Assembly (NCBI GenBank): GCA_907165135.1
Contig: OU015568.1
Coordinates: forward strand, 14,767,208 to 14,831,207
Length of the DNA stretch: 64,000 nucleotides
Direction of reading: 5' to 3'
Origin: Oikopleura dioica
Lineage: Eukaryota; Animalia; Chordata
The notes beneath the pieces were generated by a model that saw only the letters and a list, made by a program, of their open reading frames with translations, did not search any database and was not told where the DNA came from. The translations under genes and the position numbers were made by a program. This document shows positions 36,999 through 49,683 of the stretch, piece by piece. The first letter of the stretch is position 1; each line of letters begins with the position of its first letter.

Positions 36999-38494
36999 TG
37001 GGCTCGGCAAACTGAGCTGTGTAAAAACCTGTAACAGGTCCTGTTTCCTGTTTTTGAGGAACCTGTCTGAGTACCTGTGTAAAATCGGGTAATAATTTGG
37101 GCCTGTCCTGTGTACCTGTGTAAAATTGGGGAAAAAATTTTCTTTAGCTGTCCCTGCTCCTGTTTCTGTCTTAAACAGGCCTGTGTTTCCCGCTCAGGTC
37201 CTGACCATAGACAGGTTCGTGTGTAACAAGGTCAGGAACTGCATAAGTCAGGGAAAATGTATAACCTTAGCCCGCCAAGGTACACCACGACTCTTGAATC
37301 GGTCACATATTCGCTCATTGCGCTCGACGCTAAAATGTTTTTCGAAAACTGAGGAAACGCTGAGACGGCATGATCGATTATCTATCGACCAAGGGCTTTT
37401 AGGCCTGTTTCTGATAGACCTTTGCGTCTGTAGACCCTTAATTTTCCAAAAAGTCCATGCACCATATTTTCCAACGAAGATATTTGGTAAAATATTGAGA
37501 AATTAAATATGGACGCGCTTTTTTTAAGGTTGTGCAAGTTATTTCTCCCACTTTTTCTTTGAAATACCCATAACATCATATATATTTGGAATTAGTGAGA
37601 AATATCAAAAACCGTGACCTTTTTGTTTTTCGAAAATCATTTCCGGTTCCGATTCTAGAGCCGGAAGTTGGCGAAATTAATGAGAATGTTATGCTTGAGA
37701 ACTATCAAATTCAAGCTTAGAACGTTTAAAATCATTTTATCGCGTTCAGATTTGGTTCTCTTTGGTTTAGTGCGCCCTTTTTTCAGTTTGAAATTCGTAA
37801 AAATATGCAAAATATCGATTTTTTTTTCTCGTTTGACCGGTCGTTCTGGCCGCGGTTTGATTTAATTTCTCTTCCAAGAGACTGGAAATGTTCTATGCTC
37901 CAGTTTGATAGGTCACATGCATGCCATTCTCATAAATTTCGCCAACTTCCGGCTCTAGAATCGCAACCGGAAGTGATTTTCTTGAAACAAAAAAGGTCAC
38001 GGTTCTAGATTTTTTCTGCTGATTCCAAATATGTATTGCATGCCAGGTTTCGGAATCAATAAGTGGGTCAAATAACTTGCACAACCTTAAAAAAAGCGCG
38101 TCATGGTGAAGCAATACAATGGAAGATGCACCATATATGGTGTTTTTGGCGGGTACCCCAGAAAATCCACTTTTGGCGGGCTAAGGTTAAGGAAATCAAT
38201 AGCGAAAGACGCAAAAAAGAGTTCAACAGTCAAAATAACCGATAAGTTCGCGTCTTTTTGTTTCTTTGTAATATTTTTTTAGGGCCTGTTTCCTGTTTTC
38301 TGACCTGCTCAGACCTGTTTAGACAGGCCCTGACCTGTGTAACCTGTTTGATAAGCTGTGTAAAAAAACCTGTCTGAGTACCTGTCTAAAATCAGGATAT
38401 TTTTGCTTCCTGACCTGTGTACCTGTGTAAAATATGGTACAGAAATTATTTTTCCTGTTCCTGTGTCTGTTCCTGACACAGTTTGCCGAGCCCA
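36999..38494. mobile_element. 1496-bp non-autonomous TIR element with a 10-bp TSD (Mutator-like)
   Basis: TGGGCTCGGCAAACTG ... CAGTTTGCCGAGCCCA; GCTCGTCGAC at 36989-36998 and 38495-38504; subterminal CCTGT-rich repeats at both ends. Confidence 0.88.
37528..38086. mobile_element. 559-bp MITE with TTAA TSD and GG termini, nested in the 1.5-kb element
   Basis: TTAA|GGTTGTGCAAGTTATTT ... AAATAACTTGCACAACC|TTAA; internal inverted blocks (GTGACCTTTTT..ACTTCCGG / CCGGAAGT..AAAAAGGTCAC). Confidence 0.88.
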
Positions 38495-41159
38495 GCTCGT
38501 CGACCCCCTCCTTAAGGGGATAGCTGATAAAAGACTTCGAATTCTTTTAAATGGGTCAACCCTTTTTTCGCATAAGTAAGCAGTTTTCCTGATTTTATCA
38601 AAAAAATGAGCTTTATTCGGGCGTCGATTCGGGGAGTACCAGGTAGTCGCATTTATCTAACGGTGCCCAGCAGCGTGCGAAACTGGCCATAATCGTTATT
38701 TTGTTATCGTTGGCCGCTGAGCAGGATAACACGCGGACTCCCATTTTTAGCGTGTGCGCGCCGTGGCGGTGGAGCGCGGCGTTGCTCCTCCGCCGCGCCC
38801 TCTCCGCTCCACCTCGCGCGCGCCACCAAGGCGGAGCGGCGTCAACACCAAGCAGCGAACATGGCCGAAAAAATCCAGCGTTAATATTAATTCTACATTT
38901 TATACCACTGGCTTCGTAAAGAGCGTCACTTGAACTTGGAGAAAAATTTTCACCGCGAAGACGAATTTTTGAATTATTGAATAGAGAATTTTAATCCAGC
39001 TGAAATCAAGGAAGAAAAACAGCAATAACTGACGTCAGGTAAGATTCTCAAAAGATAAATCTCAATTCCGGACACGCGTTTTAGTTAATTTTTCGATTCA
39101 AAAATAATTTTTCAAAAATTTTGATAATTAAAATTAGAGAAAAATTCACCCGACTTTTTTGCTCAAAAAAAAAATATTTTTTTCATAAGGGTGTCAACAT
39201 CGATTTTGCCATTTTAAGCATGACGAAATCCTTATATTTTTTTGCCAAAATAAAGTCGGGACCTTTATCTTTCAAATTTTACCGATGAGTACCCCCTTAT
39301 TAATCAATTTTTATATCGCTTGGGGTCTCCTTAATCAAATTAGATGAAAACTTATAGCGTACTTTATGACGAGATTAAACCGCTCTACCGGTCATTTCGA
39401 TCCTCTGATCAGATCTCAAAAGCCACAACATAAAGTCCAATCCGCTTTGGGCTCGATTGCATAAGGCCCCGGTTCGGATGATCTTCGAAAAACCGTAAAT
39501 TGCCCTTTTCACGGTCAGCCCAGCGACCGTTCATTGCGGCGAGCCACTGTTTTTTGGGTTCAGCGCTAGAATCGATCTCTTCTCAGCTCGAGCATTTTTC
39601 GCGCCGCAAAAGGCCGTGAATAAAATTCCGATTCAACCCTTTAATCCAGTTGCCACGTGTGCGCTGCAGAATTCTAGTGGTCGTTTTGATTTTGACTCAA
39701 ATTTAGCAGATTGAATATTCAGAAAAAGAAAACCGCCTTTATTTTTATTCGTGATTTATGTTGATTTGGCCGTGTGTTAATTTGCGATCAGTAACTTTAT
39801 TAGCCGCCTAGCCTGCCAACGTTACGCCCATAAACTTCTTCTACAACCAGATACAGACAGCTTGCATTTTAGAAACAGCTCTGTTTTTTGCAAGGCAAAA
39901 GTTAAAAGTTGCTTTTAGAAGTTTATCCAAATATTCTTTTGGACAAATAAAAGGATGCTTCTTCCAAATTGTCTGCCAGAAATCATCATTAATTTTCGCC
40001 ATAAAATGCCGATAAACCTTCATACTATTTTCCTAAAATGTCGACTCTCAGCAAAACTCTCTCTGATTGCGCAGTTGTTGGTGATTCTAGAAATGGACAA
40101 TCTTTGGGAGTCGTTTTTAAACCTCTATCGACTATCTTGAACCCTGAAATCCGAGTCGAAAAACGGCAAGGCTTGCTAGACCCACTATGTACAGGTCCTT
40201 CTGTCGGTAAATAAGCAGGGCAGTAAGTTCATTAGATCAGTAGCAAGTTCAGAAGCGGATTTTCCATCGCTAAAGCAGCAGGTTCAGTTGAAGCTACTGA
40301 TCGCTATCCATATTTTCGCATCCGATGGCGTACTCACAAAAGCCCCCGCTCCCTAATCAGCTTACGATGTGGTCAAATCTCGAAATCTTCCTCTAGATAA
40401 ATCCTTACGACCCTTGTGCGCACTGCACAGGGGAGCTCTTATCATCAAAATTATTCTCTTCCTCGTACACTTGGCCGCTAAAAGAATCGGCTCTCGCTCT
40501 CGTAACTCGGCAAAACTGCTGTAACAAGCAAAAGTGCCCTTGATCATGCGATGTTTTCATATTAGCGTGTTTGATTAGCCGGAGAACCCTCCTCTTCAAC
40601 AAATCAAACTTCAAGTGGGACTCAAGCGAGTCCGGCCGACCGGGATTTTCAAAATTGCCAGTACCGGTTTTTTCTTTTTCGGCCATGAGAAAACTTTCTT
40701 CTCAGCGGCTTAAAAAAAGTGGCTGACTGAGTCAGAACACTCTTTCTCGCCTTTTTTCTAATCTCGTTTTCTGTCAGAATTGTCTCTCACCTGAGATATT
40801 ACTATTTGGCTGGTTCGTTCTCTCGAGCATGTTAATGAGGTGTTGCTTTATGTAACGGAGGATGGATTACAATGTCGCGCATATCATTATCGCGCGTGTT
40901 AGAGCCGCTGAATCTGTATCGAGTTGATACAGTCTCTCTCTCTTCAGAATGATACTGTTGATTGAGTACAAGTCGTTGTTTTGTTTGATGTCTAACTACC
41001 ACATTTTTCGTGTGTCGAAACGGTATCTAATCCATTACTGTTTTTGGTCCTCGATAAGAAGGAGGAGCGTTCTCCGAAATTTACAACTATCGTCCGTCAA
41101 ATTATTTTGTTGTAAAAACCGGCAAATCGTTGATCCATGAGGTTCTGTCATTTGTAGGA

Positions 41160-41360
41160 AGCCTGATTCAGATTTTGAAAAGTCTTTGATGAAAAGCCGC
41201 GGAGCGGCTTTTTTAGAAACGAAGCCGCGAAGCGGCTTCGCCAGAGTTTAACAATTGATTCTAAAAGTAAATTTGAGAAGCCGCTCTGCGGCTTTAATGA
41301 AAAAAAGCCGCTTCGCGGCTTTTCCTTAAAGATCTTTCAGACCCTGCCTTAGGTTTTATC
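41160..41360. repeat. Degenerate CCTGAGTCAGG-family copy with four AAGCCGC-N3/4-GCGGCTT hairpins
   Basis: Hairpins at ~41194, 41222, 41278 and 41305; right end GATCTTTCAGACCCTGCCTTAGGTTTT. Confidence 0.65.
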
Positions 41361-42672
41361 ATTACGAAAATTTCGTAACGAAAGGTCAAATGTCGTGAAA
41401 TGATTGATCTGATAATGCAAATCCTCTTCCTCAAAACTAGAAGTTCTGATAAGCCAGGTTCATCAAAGAAAAAGTTGCAGATTGCGAGATTTCTTAAAAT
41501 CAGTCGCAACCGCCGTAAGCCCTTTTACCAGGGTGTGTGGCTTGTGCTGGTGTTTTTTTGGAAGACCGGTCAGATAACCATGTCTACATCTAAACAAGCG
41601 GCTTGAACCACGTTCGTTCTTTTTGCACAAGATCGCAGCTCTGATCTCGCCGACTCAGTAGAGCCAAAGTCTTCAAATCATGTCTTGAATATGTACATTA
41701 CCGCCGGTGGCTGCGGCTGGGCAAATATGCGCTCTGGGAAAAATTATAAGGAAATGGTTACGACGTTCAAGTCATCTCCAAATTGGCGACTATTAGTGGC
41801 CAATTTATCATGGACGTGGCGTGTTCAACCAACTCTTTGGATGATTGACATTCGCTACAAAAGCTGCTGATTATAAAAGACAATCCCAATAATCAAGAAA
41901 ATAAAAAAAAATGTTCTCAAGAATTGTTTTGACTCATTTTTCTTCAAATTTCCAAGGGAAAAGCTGTCAATAATCGCAATATTCGAATTGAAATCATTTC
42001 TCGGAAAATTATCATTGTGACACCCTTATTTTGGAGAGTTTAGTCCCCCTTTTCGTCAATTCGTAAAGTTGATTGTCTAAAATTTCTCCGGAAAGATTCG
42101 CTTTTGGGTTCAAAATTCCCGAAAAAATTATGCGAAAATACAGTTGAAAGAATTGAACCACGTCCTTTCCTTCAAGCGACCCCTTGGTTCCTTGGCTCAT
42201 CATTACGACAAACAGAGCTCGTCCTCGAAAAGCGGAAGGACGTAACCCTTGAGATGCATTTCTGAGTAGTTTTATTGTCTTCTTTTGCTTCTCAGGAGTT
42301 GTTTCCGTTTGGTGTATGCACGCGTGTAAACAACTACGTTCGGCCCTTCCCGTCTTAGATCATCAAGGTCAGGGAACCCTCCGGGGTTGGCTGATGTCAT
42401 CCGGGTATTCGTACCGACAAGGGCTTGTTTCTTTTGGTGGAGCAGAGTTAAAGTGCACTTGCGCTCAGATTGTTGAGGCGGATAGGCCCCGGCTTAGCCG
42501 TTTTTTGTTCCGGGAGACAATGACACTTCAGGGTGAAACTTATTCTAGCAGGTTCTTGATTCTCCACAAAGAGAATTTCTTAATGAAGAAAGAACGACTG
42601 TAACTATTACTGTACAGGCGGTACGTACTGAATTTTAAGAAAAGAGGGGGCGGTATTTTGAGTCGAAATTAA

Positions 42673-42723
42673 GGGTGTCAACAACGATTTCGAATAAAAA
42701 TAGCAAAATCGTTGTTGACACCC
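42673..42723. mobile_element. 51-bp mini-MITE (TTAA TSD, GGGTGTCA termini)
   Basis: TTAA|GGGTGTCAACAACGATTT-spacer-AAATCGTTGTTGACACCC|TTAA; the terminus AAGGGTGTCA recurs at about ten other sites. Confidence 0.8.
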
Positions 42724-45210
42724 TTAAAGCGCTAGAAACAAAGAACCGCTCTTAATTCCGACAAAAAAGAAACATCACGAGTTTTTTCTGAAGTTTCTTT
42801 TTGTCTGAGAAAAACAAGTTGTTGAGGTGTCTTTTCCGATAATTTTAGAAAGTGTTGAAGCGTTATGAACGCGGCGCACGCTGTTAAGAACACATTATTT
42901 TATAAAAATTTGTGGGTATGCGGCGTGCACCTGCCGCGAAACGGCGCAGGGTGAAAATTGCTGTGCGCATTTTTTTCTTGCTTTTTGCGAAGGCCAAATC
43001 GACTCTCTAAATGCGACAAAAATCACCTGAGCCGTGACGACTTCAAATGCCTCATTTTCAACTTGGGCCTTCGATATTGGCTAAATTTGGATTTTAGCCA
43101 ATAAGAAGCCCGTATTTGTCGTCTCAGCCAATCAAAAAGCAAGTCTTTAAATCAGGCGCTCGAGTAGAATCAAGCAACCATTATGAAAATTCGCCGAGTT
43201 TTATCAGCTTTAAAGAAGTTCGAACACGTTCGTTATCAGCCTTCTGCCAGTCTTCCTTTTATCAGCTGAGCTGTGTTTTCCCTTTTTCGACGGCCCGGAT
43301 GCGATATCTTTAAGAAAACATTTTTTTGAAAAAATAATTCCAGCAGCGTTTTTCTACTGATTTTCTCGCCAAAAATCCTCTTCCAGGACCAAATAAAATC
43401 CCGGTTTTACGTCATCAAGGAATTAATTTCTAAGCTCCAGCTGAAATAGAGGGGGAAATAAGCGACGTTGCTAGAATTTCTGATCAGCTTTAACTGGGTC
43501 TTCTAAAGATGCGCCATCTAAGGATTCTAAAAGCAAGAATTAAAAGCCGAAAATTGAAACGAAGAAATGGCATACAACTGAAAAGCAAGCCTTTTAAAAT
43601 TGCGCCTCTCTAAAATGTTCAGAACTGTAAAAAATATCATTACTGATCTGAACTTTTAAACAGGAAGAAAAAGCTAGAATCGGCGATTTCTTGGTTTTCT
43701 GTAACGGTTCCTTTTTCTGCCATTTAGACGCCCTTGCTTGTAATTAGCAGAAAAGGTCTTTTTCTTTTCCTTCTTTTTTGGATTCAAATTGAGATTTCCA
43801 GCTTCTCCTCCTTTTTCCACGTGTTTAACATGGCCTTACACGTCGCGCTAGAATTGCTCCTATTCGGGATCAATCATTATCGTGAAACTTCGTTTTCCGG
43901 ATTTAGCCGCGACAAAGAGATTTTTCTCGAAGCTACATCAGATACGTTCCACTGCGCCGGAACTGAACGCTGCTTTTATTTTCCCGATACTCGATTTAGA
44001 ATACTGGGATCGATACTATTTGTTTAGTAGGTATACAAATTGGCTTCTACGCCTGCCGATCCTATCTACAAGAACCGAACGGGCGAGCATCTAAATGAAT
44101 GTGTGTGCTGATAATACTATCCCGAAACACACAATTTTGAATGTCCACTTACGTGAAATTCAAGTCCGCGGAGGAGAAACTCCCCCGCACGAGATCCGGA
44201 TATAATGGCAACGCAATAATCCCGATTAAAAATAGATCAAGTTTAGGCCGGGTTTATCAACTCGAAAATTTCAAGTACGCGATCGTGCAGAAAGTTGCTG
44301 GAATAGCTCTTCATGCAAGAATTGTGACTCTTTTTAAAGAATTACAATGGCAGTTAATTTAATCGACATATTTTTACTTTACCTTCGAAAAATAGCATAT
44401 ACGCAAAATATACAAAGAAAAATTTAAAATATTAATTATGGTCTTATTTTGATCGCTATTGGAAAAAAATCGTTATGTTTAATTCTAAAAAAACTTAAAA
44501 TAGGGTATTTATTCTAGTCAAAATAATAGGGAGGTATATTTATTGCAGATAAAAATTCTACTCAGGTCAAAAGTAACTAGTCATTTTTGATGACAAAAAA
44601 AAACTCAGGCAAGAAAAATGAAAAAGCAATTTACGGTGTCTTATTCTAATACTTATCTTCTACCCTTGAAATTTACCTTCCTTGTCCTACTCCGTCAGAG
44701 CAGTGTTATCTGTTCTCGGAAGCTATCTGTCCTCTGTCGCTAGGCTGCCCGGAATCTCCTTCATCCCGCATGGGAAAAACTTCGAAAACTTTCGAAATAT
44801 TTCAAAATCTGACAATCCTAAAATTTGCCGCTAGAACTTCCGACTAGCTCGAGTTCCTTGAAGCTGATTCTTCATTTTTTTAAAAAGAAGATCGTCGCTT
44901 CCGGAGGCTTTCATAACAATTATCGGCCCGCTTTCAGATTATTTGAACGAGACTGTCTTCTTTTCTAGCGCTGAAATCTCAGAAACGGGAACGAAAAAAG
45001 AGACTTTCGTCCCATTCAAATCGCGTTTGTAGAACGATAATCCGCTTGTCGCACAAATATTACGCTTTTCGGTATTTTCTAAAATAATATTCTCCAGAAA
45101 ACTTCATGTCAATGCAAGAAAAATATACCTCTTGGTATATCTCTAATACCATCGCACCAAAAATTGTTGAAAATATGGACTAAACTAATTTTTGGAAGTG
45201 AATTTCTGGA

Positions 45211-45384
45211 TAACCAATAAGATTGCTGTATTTGGCCTACCAGCCAATCAAAACCCTTTCCATAAATATCTGTTCCAAAAATTGGTTCTACCCGAAAATT
45301 TGGGTAAAACCAATTTACAGAAGTGATTTTATGGATCAGGGTTTTGATTGGTCGGTAGGCCGAATAAACCAATCTTATTGGTTA
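45211..45384. repeat. 174-bp palindromic repeat with CCAAT boxes; half-copies at ~12789-12870 and ~21953-22000
   Basis: TAACCAATAAGATTG..GGCCTACCAGCCAATCAAAACCC ... GGGTTTTGATTGGTCGGTAGGCC..CAATCTTATTGGTTA. Confidence 0.8.
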
Positions 45385-45769
45385 TTGAAAAATGAACTTT
45401 TATTTTTTGGTTTCGTCCAAAAAATGAGATTTTTTGTTTAAGTTTTTCTAATTTTCTTTCAAAAATTCTTTCGAATTTCGCTCAAAAGTGATTTCAAGTT
45501 CGAAGGCGAGGTGCAAAGTGGAGAACTTGACGCTCTGGTTTTCATGAATATTAAAGGAGCTGCAAGAAAATTTTTTTCTAGAGCTCCTCTTGAAAATGCT
45601 GAATTTAGCATTCTTAGTCTTTTCGATTATATTTGTTATGGGATTCATTTTTTCTACGAAGGAAGCCGTAGAGTTTAAACTTTTGTTCAACGAAAAGTTT
45701 ACTGTAAATATTAGCAACCCAAACAAGCCATAGAAAGAACTAGAAATGATAAAAAGTTGCATAACTTGT

Positions 45770-46163
45770 TGTAGTGTTTCTCATTAGTCATCCGCCACTT
45801 GTGTTCACCGCGCCGCGCCGCGCGCAGTTCACGACCCGCGAAGCGCATTTCACCACGCGCAAACGCTCCGCCGCAAACCGCGAAAGCACAGCTCACCACG
45901 GACTAGGATCAACTCACGACTCACGAAAAAGTCACTCACCACGATCTAACAGCTCACCACGGTTTATGAAAACCATATATAAACGATCATATTTCTCACT
46001 GACAAACAGCTCACACAACACACTCAAAACTACTTGCTCAGAGACATCACAATAAAACTTGCTCTTTTAACACAACGTTCGTCGCTCACTATTTGTATTC
46101 CCGCTCGCGAATACGATAAACGCAATTAGTTATCCAACTTATGTACTGTGAGAAACACGTACA
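45770..46163 (+). repeat. 5' LTR (394 bp)
   Basis: Direct repeat of 49684-50078. Confidence 0.95.
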
Positions 46164-46233
46164 TATTTTGGTGACTGAAGAAAACGCTTCGCCCATGTAG
46201 AGATTAACGATCGAAGAGAGCTGCTCATGAAAC

Positions 46234-46921
46234 ATGACTCGATATTTCAAACTTGCCGCTGATCTGAACCGACAAGAACTGCTCACGATCTTTGAAAATT
46301 TGAATCAGTCGTTTCCGCCACAGCATTTAATTACAGATAAGCAATCAATTGTTCTGAACATCCATAAATTGGATGAGGGGGTTTTCGCCAAAAATCGCAA
46401 GTTCGTGTTCCGCGATAATGGTGAAATCATCAATAACTTACCGAATGATGACGCTTTTGTTATTGATCAAAAGTTCGCTTATAAGAATCACCGTCTGGAT
46501 GTTACCAAGATCCTCGCCTCTGCTAGAGCAACGACACTTGCAGAGCTTATGGCCTTGATGAAATTGGAAGATCAAAAAGAACGTGAAAACTTAGAAGAAT
46601 CCCTCTTGGACTCATATTCTCCGGACTGGTGCGAAATTGATAATTATCGACAAAAACAACGATCACATCTGAAGAAGAATAAAAAACACCAAGGACCGAA
46701 CGCGGAACCAGAAGATCAAAGTCCTAAAAGTTCATATTGAGGATCATTCGAAGCCAAATGAAAGAAATCGAAAACAAACCAGAATCGACACATCAAAGAT
46801 CAATAGATTCTGTATAAGCTTCGTGAAATGGAGATCATGCATATACGGCTCGAAATGCAAATTTTTCCACTCAGACTATGCTCCAAGTCACATAAAGCAA
46901 TTGATCAAAAACGAAGATTAA
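46234..46921 (+). pseudogene. gag-position ORF (46234-46740) plus an overlapping +1-frame segment encoding a CCCH zinc finger
   Basis: A 168-aa ORF starts just after the PBS. The +1 frame, open 46673-46921, encodes CISFVKWRSCIYGSKCKFFH (C-x8-C-x5-C-x3-H) at 46811-46870. The gag identity rests on position only. Confidence 0.6.
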
Positions 46922-49065
46922 ACAATTCGCTCAATTTCAAGTTCATCTCGAACCCGTATTCGACTTAAACTGCTCAATATTCTTCGACCTTCGTTCATCG
47001 AAGACGGACAATTTTCCAAATTCGTCACATCACAACAACTGTTAACTACTCGAGATGAAATGGAAAATGCAATAAATATCTACCGTCAATTTTATTAAAA
47101 GCTCAAAGCTCAACTCGCAGCGAATCGCCCATGGAAGCCTTGATAGACTGCCAAGCAATCAATGTGTATTTGGACGACAATCATATGTTCCGTTTCCGCT
47201 CAAAGAAGCTGCCGTCGACACCTCGGAATCGTTCATCAAAAGAATAAATCGATACATGATGACAATTCATCCTGCTCCGCTCAACTTCCAAAATCAACAA
47301 TACCAGAAGCTCCTAAAAAGGGACAAGAAAAATTGCCCAACGCTCGAGATCTGCACATCTGTTCTCTGCTGAAAACCAGATCTGTTCCCTGGAAAGTTAC
47401 CTTTTCAAATGCCCGCTTACACCTAAGACATATCAGCCTGACCCGACCGCTCCAACTGAAACGGCTGAAGATCAAACAAAATTTGTTCTCAATGAAAATG
47501 AGGATCAAGAAGCGGAAGAAGATCAGCTCGATCAAAATCTTGCTCCAGCTCCTGCTCATAATGATACGAAAGGAAGATCAAAGTATCAGAAGCCCTCATA
47601 TAGATCAACATGAGCCTGTTGATAGAGATGATGGACTTTAAGTTCTAGCTCCGAAATGGAAACATCGCCTTCGTTCACGACGATGTTAATCAAGCCATTA
47701 AGCTCCTGCTCCTACTCCTAATCACACTTGATTACGAAGTTCGCTCAACATCTGTTTTTCGAAGTCCTGTTCTTAAGGTATACTTGAAGCTCGTTTATTG
47801 GATCAAAAACTTCGGCAATGTTTATGCACACTGGAATGGCTCACTTCAGAGCTCGAAGTAATCCCCGCTGATGATCAAAGGGAATCCAGTTCCGCTCATT
47901 TGCTGTGAAGAAGTTTAATACAGGCCTCTTTGGACTTGTGTTCTCATGACCCAGCTAATGTGTTTATCAATTGCGCACACGATGGACACCGCTTATCTGA
48001 ACCTTGGCCCACTCCTCTAAAGATGTGAAGCAATGCGTGCAGTTGCTTTGTCACATTCAGATAATTCATAATCAAGTTACTCAAGGATGATTCTGCTCGC
48101 TCGAAGATTCATCTGCTCAAACGATCGAGATCAAGTTGTTCAAATACGTTTCTGCTCGCTCATGGGACCGTCTGCTCAATTCATAATCAAAGACGATTAT
48201 GACGTTCATGGGATCGTCTTCTCTAACAATCAAGCAACAATTAAGCTCACAAACGATTTTTACGCTCATGAAGTCGTCCTCTTAATGAAATAAGCTGATT
48301 CTTATCAAGTTGCTCATAGACGATTTTGATGCTTATTGAATTGTCCTCTCAATCAGCGAAGTTTATTCTTTTAAAGCTGCTCACCGACGATCTTGAAGCT
48401 CATTATGTTCAAGTTACTGGCGCCCTCTACTTGCACCGCTATTCCTAACCTTGCGCCGCACTTCCGCAGATGTTGGCGATTGTGTGCAGTTGCCAATCAC
48501 CTTATTCGAAAATATGTTCTTGCCGCATTCTCCCAGCTCAAATGGAACGATGCGAATCTCCTTGTTCTAAAAGGGGGAAGAAAAGAAATGAAAACTGCTC
48601 GTTTGCTCGCAAATGTTCAATTGCTCACTTGGTTTTTCAAAAAGCTCCTGCTCGAGCTCGCAGTCGAAAATCCAAATCGATGAAAATGGCTGTTCAAACA
48701 GAAAAACATCTCTGCGCGCTGCAACGCTCGTTAATCTCCCGCGCCAGGACAAAAGGGACCCGTCGTTTCATCCCTAACGTCAAATGGAAATGCACCGACT
48801 AAAACAAGCCAAATCGAAAAATGACTTTACAAAAAGAGACAAGAAGCTCAACGGATCAACCACGCTAGTCACAGTTCCTACGATCACACTTATCCGTGTT
48901 TCAAGTGGCAAAAAGAGAAGTCCGGAAGTAATTAAAAGAAAAATTGTTTCTATCATGTTAATTGCTAAGCAGAAGAGAAATGCCGACTTACCTTGAAACA
49001 GTTATTTTCACCTTCAGAGATGCTGCATAAAACGAAGATACCAACGATTCGCGCTGAATTTCGTC

Positions 49066-49662
49066 ATGGGGATTAAAATACCCATTGTGGAAGAATTTAA
49101 TTGTGAGAAAACCTTTGTTATCAGAGAGCTCCTCGAAGAAATCGAAGTATCTATCAAAGAAAAGCCTGATTGGTTCCAAATATTGACTCAAAAATCACTC
49201 AATCTCAGCACGATCGACAGCAATCTGAAGTGTCTTCTTATCTTCTCTTGCAAAGGCCTCATACTCACCGCTCAAGGATCAAATCCTGAAACAAGAAATT
49301 TGATTGTCTCCGAATATGCAAGGAAATGGGCAAAACAAAGGTCCGTTTGGAGAAGATTGGAAAACATCGAAATAACCGATTTACGAATTCTCAAATCAGA
49401 AGTCTGCTTTATAATTCACGAACATCTGAAGCACCTAGGGTTAAAAGACTCATCGACAAACACCATGGCTCGTTCAGAAATACAGTTCATCGAAGAAGTA
49501 AATGATGTTCCGGTCGGCCAAGCTCAACAGCCGCCCGTTGACTCTCCTGTCAACCAAAACGATTCTTTCCAAACAATCACTGCTTATGGACAAAATGCAC
49601 TCGATGAAATTATTGGCTTTAAAACACAGGACATTCCTCTACCAGAAAGACAAACGATCTAA
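49066..49662 (+). CDS. 198-aa ORF of unknown function at the 3' (env-like) position of the LTR element
   Basis: ORF track; it ends just before the PPT. No motif recognised, and it may be a fragment of a decayed longer ORF. Confidence 0.35.
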   Translation: MGIKIPIVEEFNCEKTFVIRELLEEIEVSIKEKPDWFQILTQKSLNLSTIDSNLKCLLIFSCKGLILTAQGSNPETRNLIVSEYARKWAKQRSVWRRLENIEITDLRILKSEVCFIIHEHLKHLGLKDSSTNTMARSEIQFIEEVNDVPVGQAQQPPVDSPVNQNDSFQTITAYGQNALDEIIGFKTQDIPLPERQTI

Positions 49663-49683
49663 AAATAAATGGAGGAGGAATTA

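Noticed and set aside
40362-42603. Scattered 60-95-aa ORFs as a decayed gene or transposase
   Set aside because: I could not join them into a consistent frame or identify a motif.
45711-46055. ORFs overlapping the LTRs (also 49502-49969 and 49619-49813)
   Set aside because: Duplicated only because they lie in the LTR; GC-rich, stop-poor sequence.
47600-48400. Reverse transcriptase remnant (FVHDDV resembling YxDD)
   Set aside because: No flanking RT motifs (LPQG/PFGL, K..LG) at suitable spacing.
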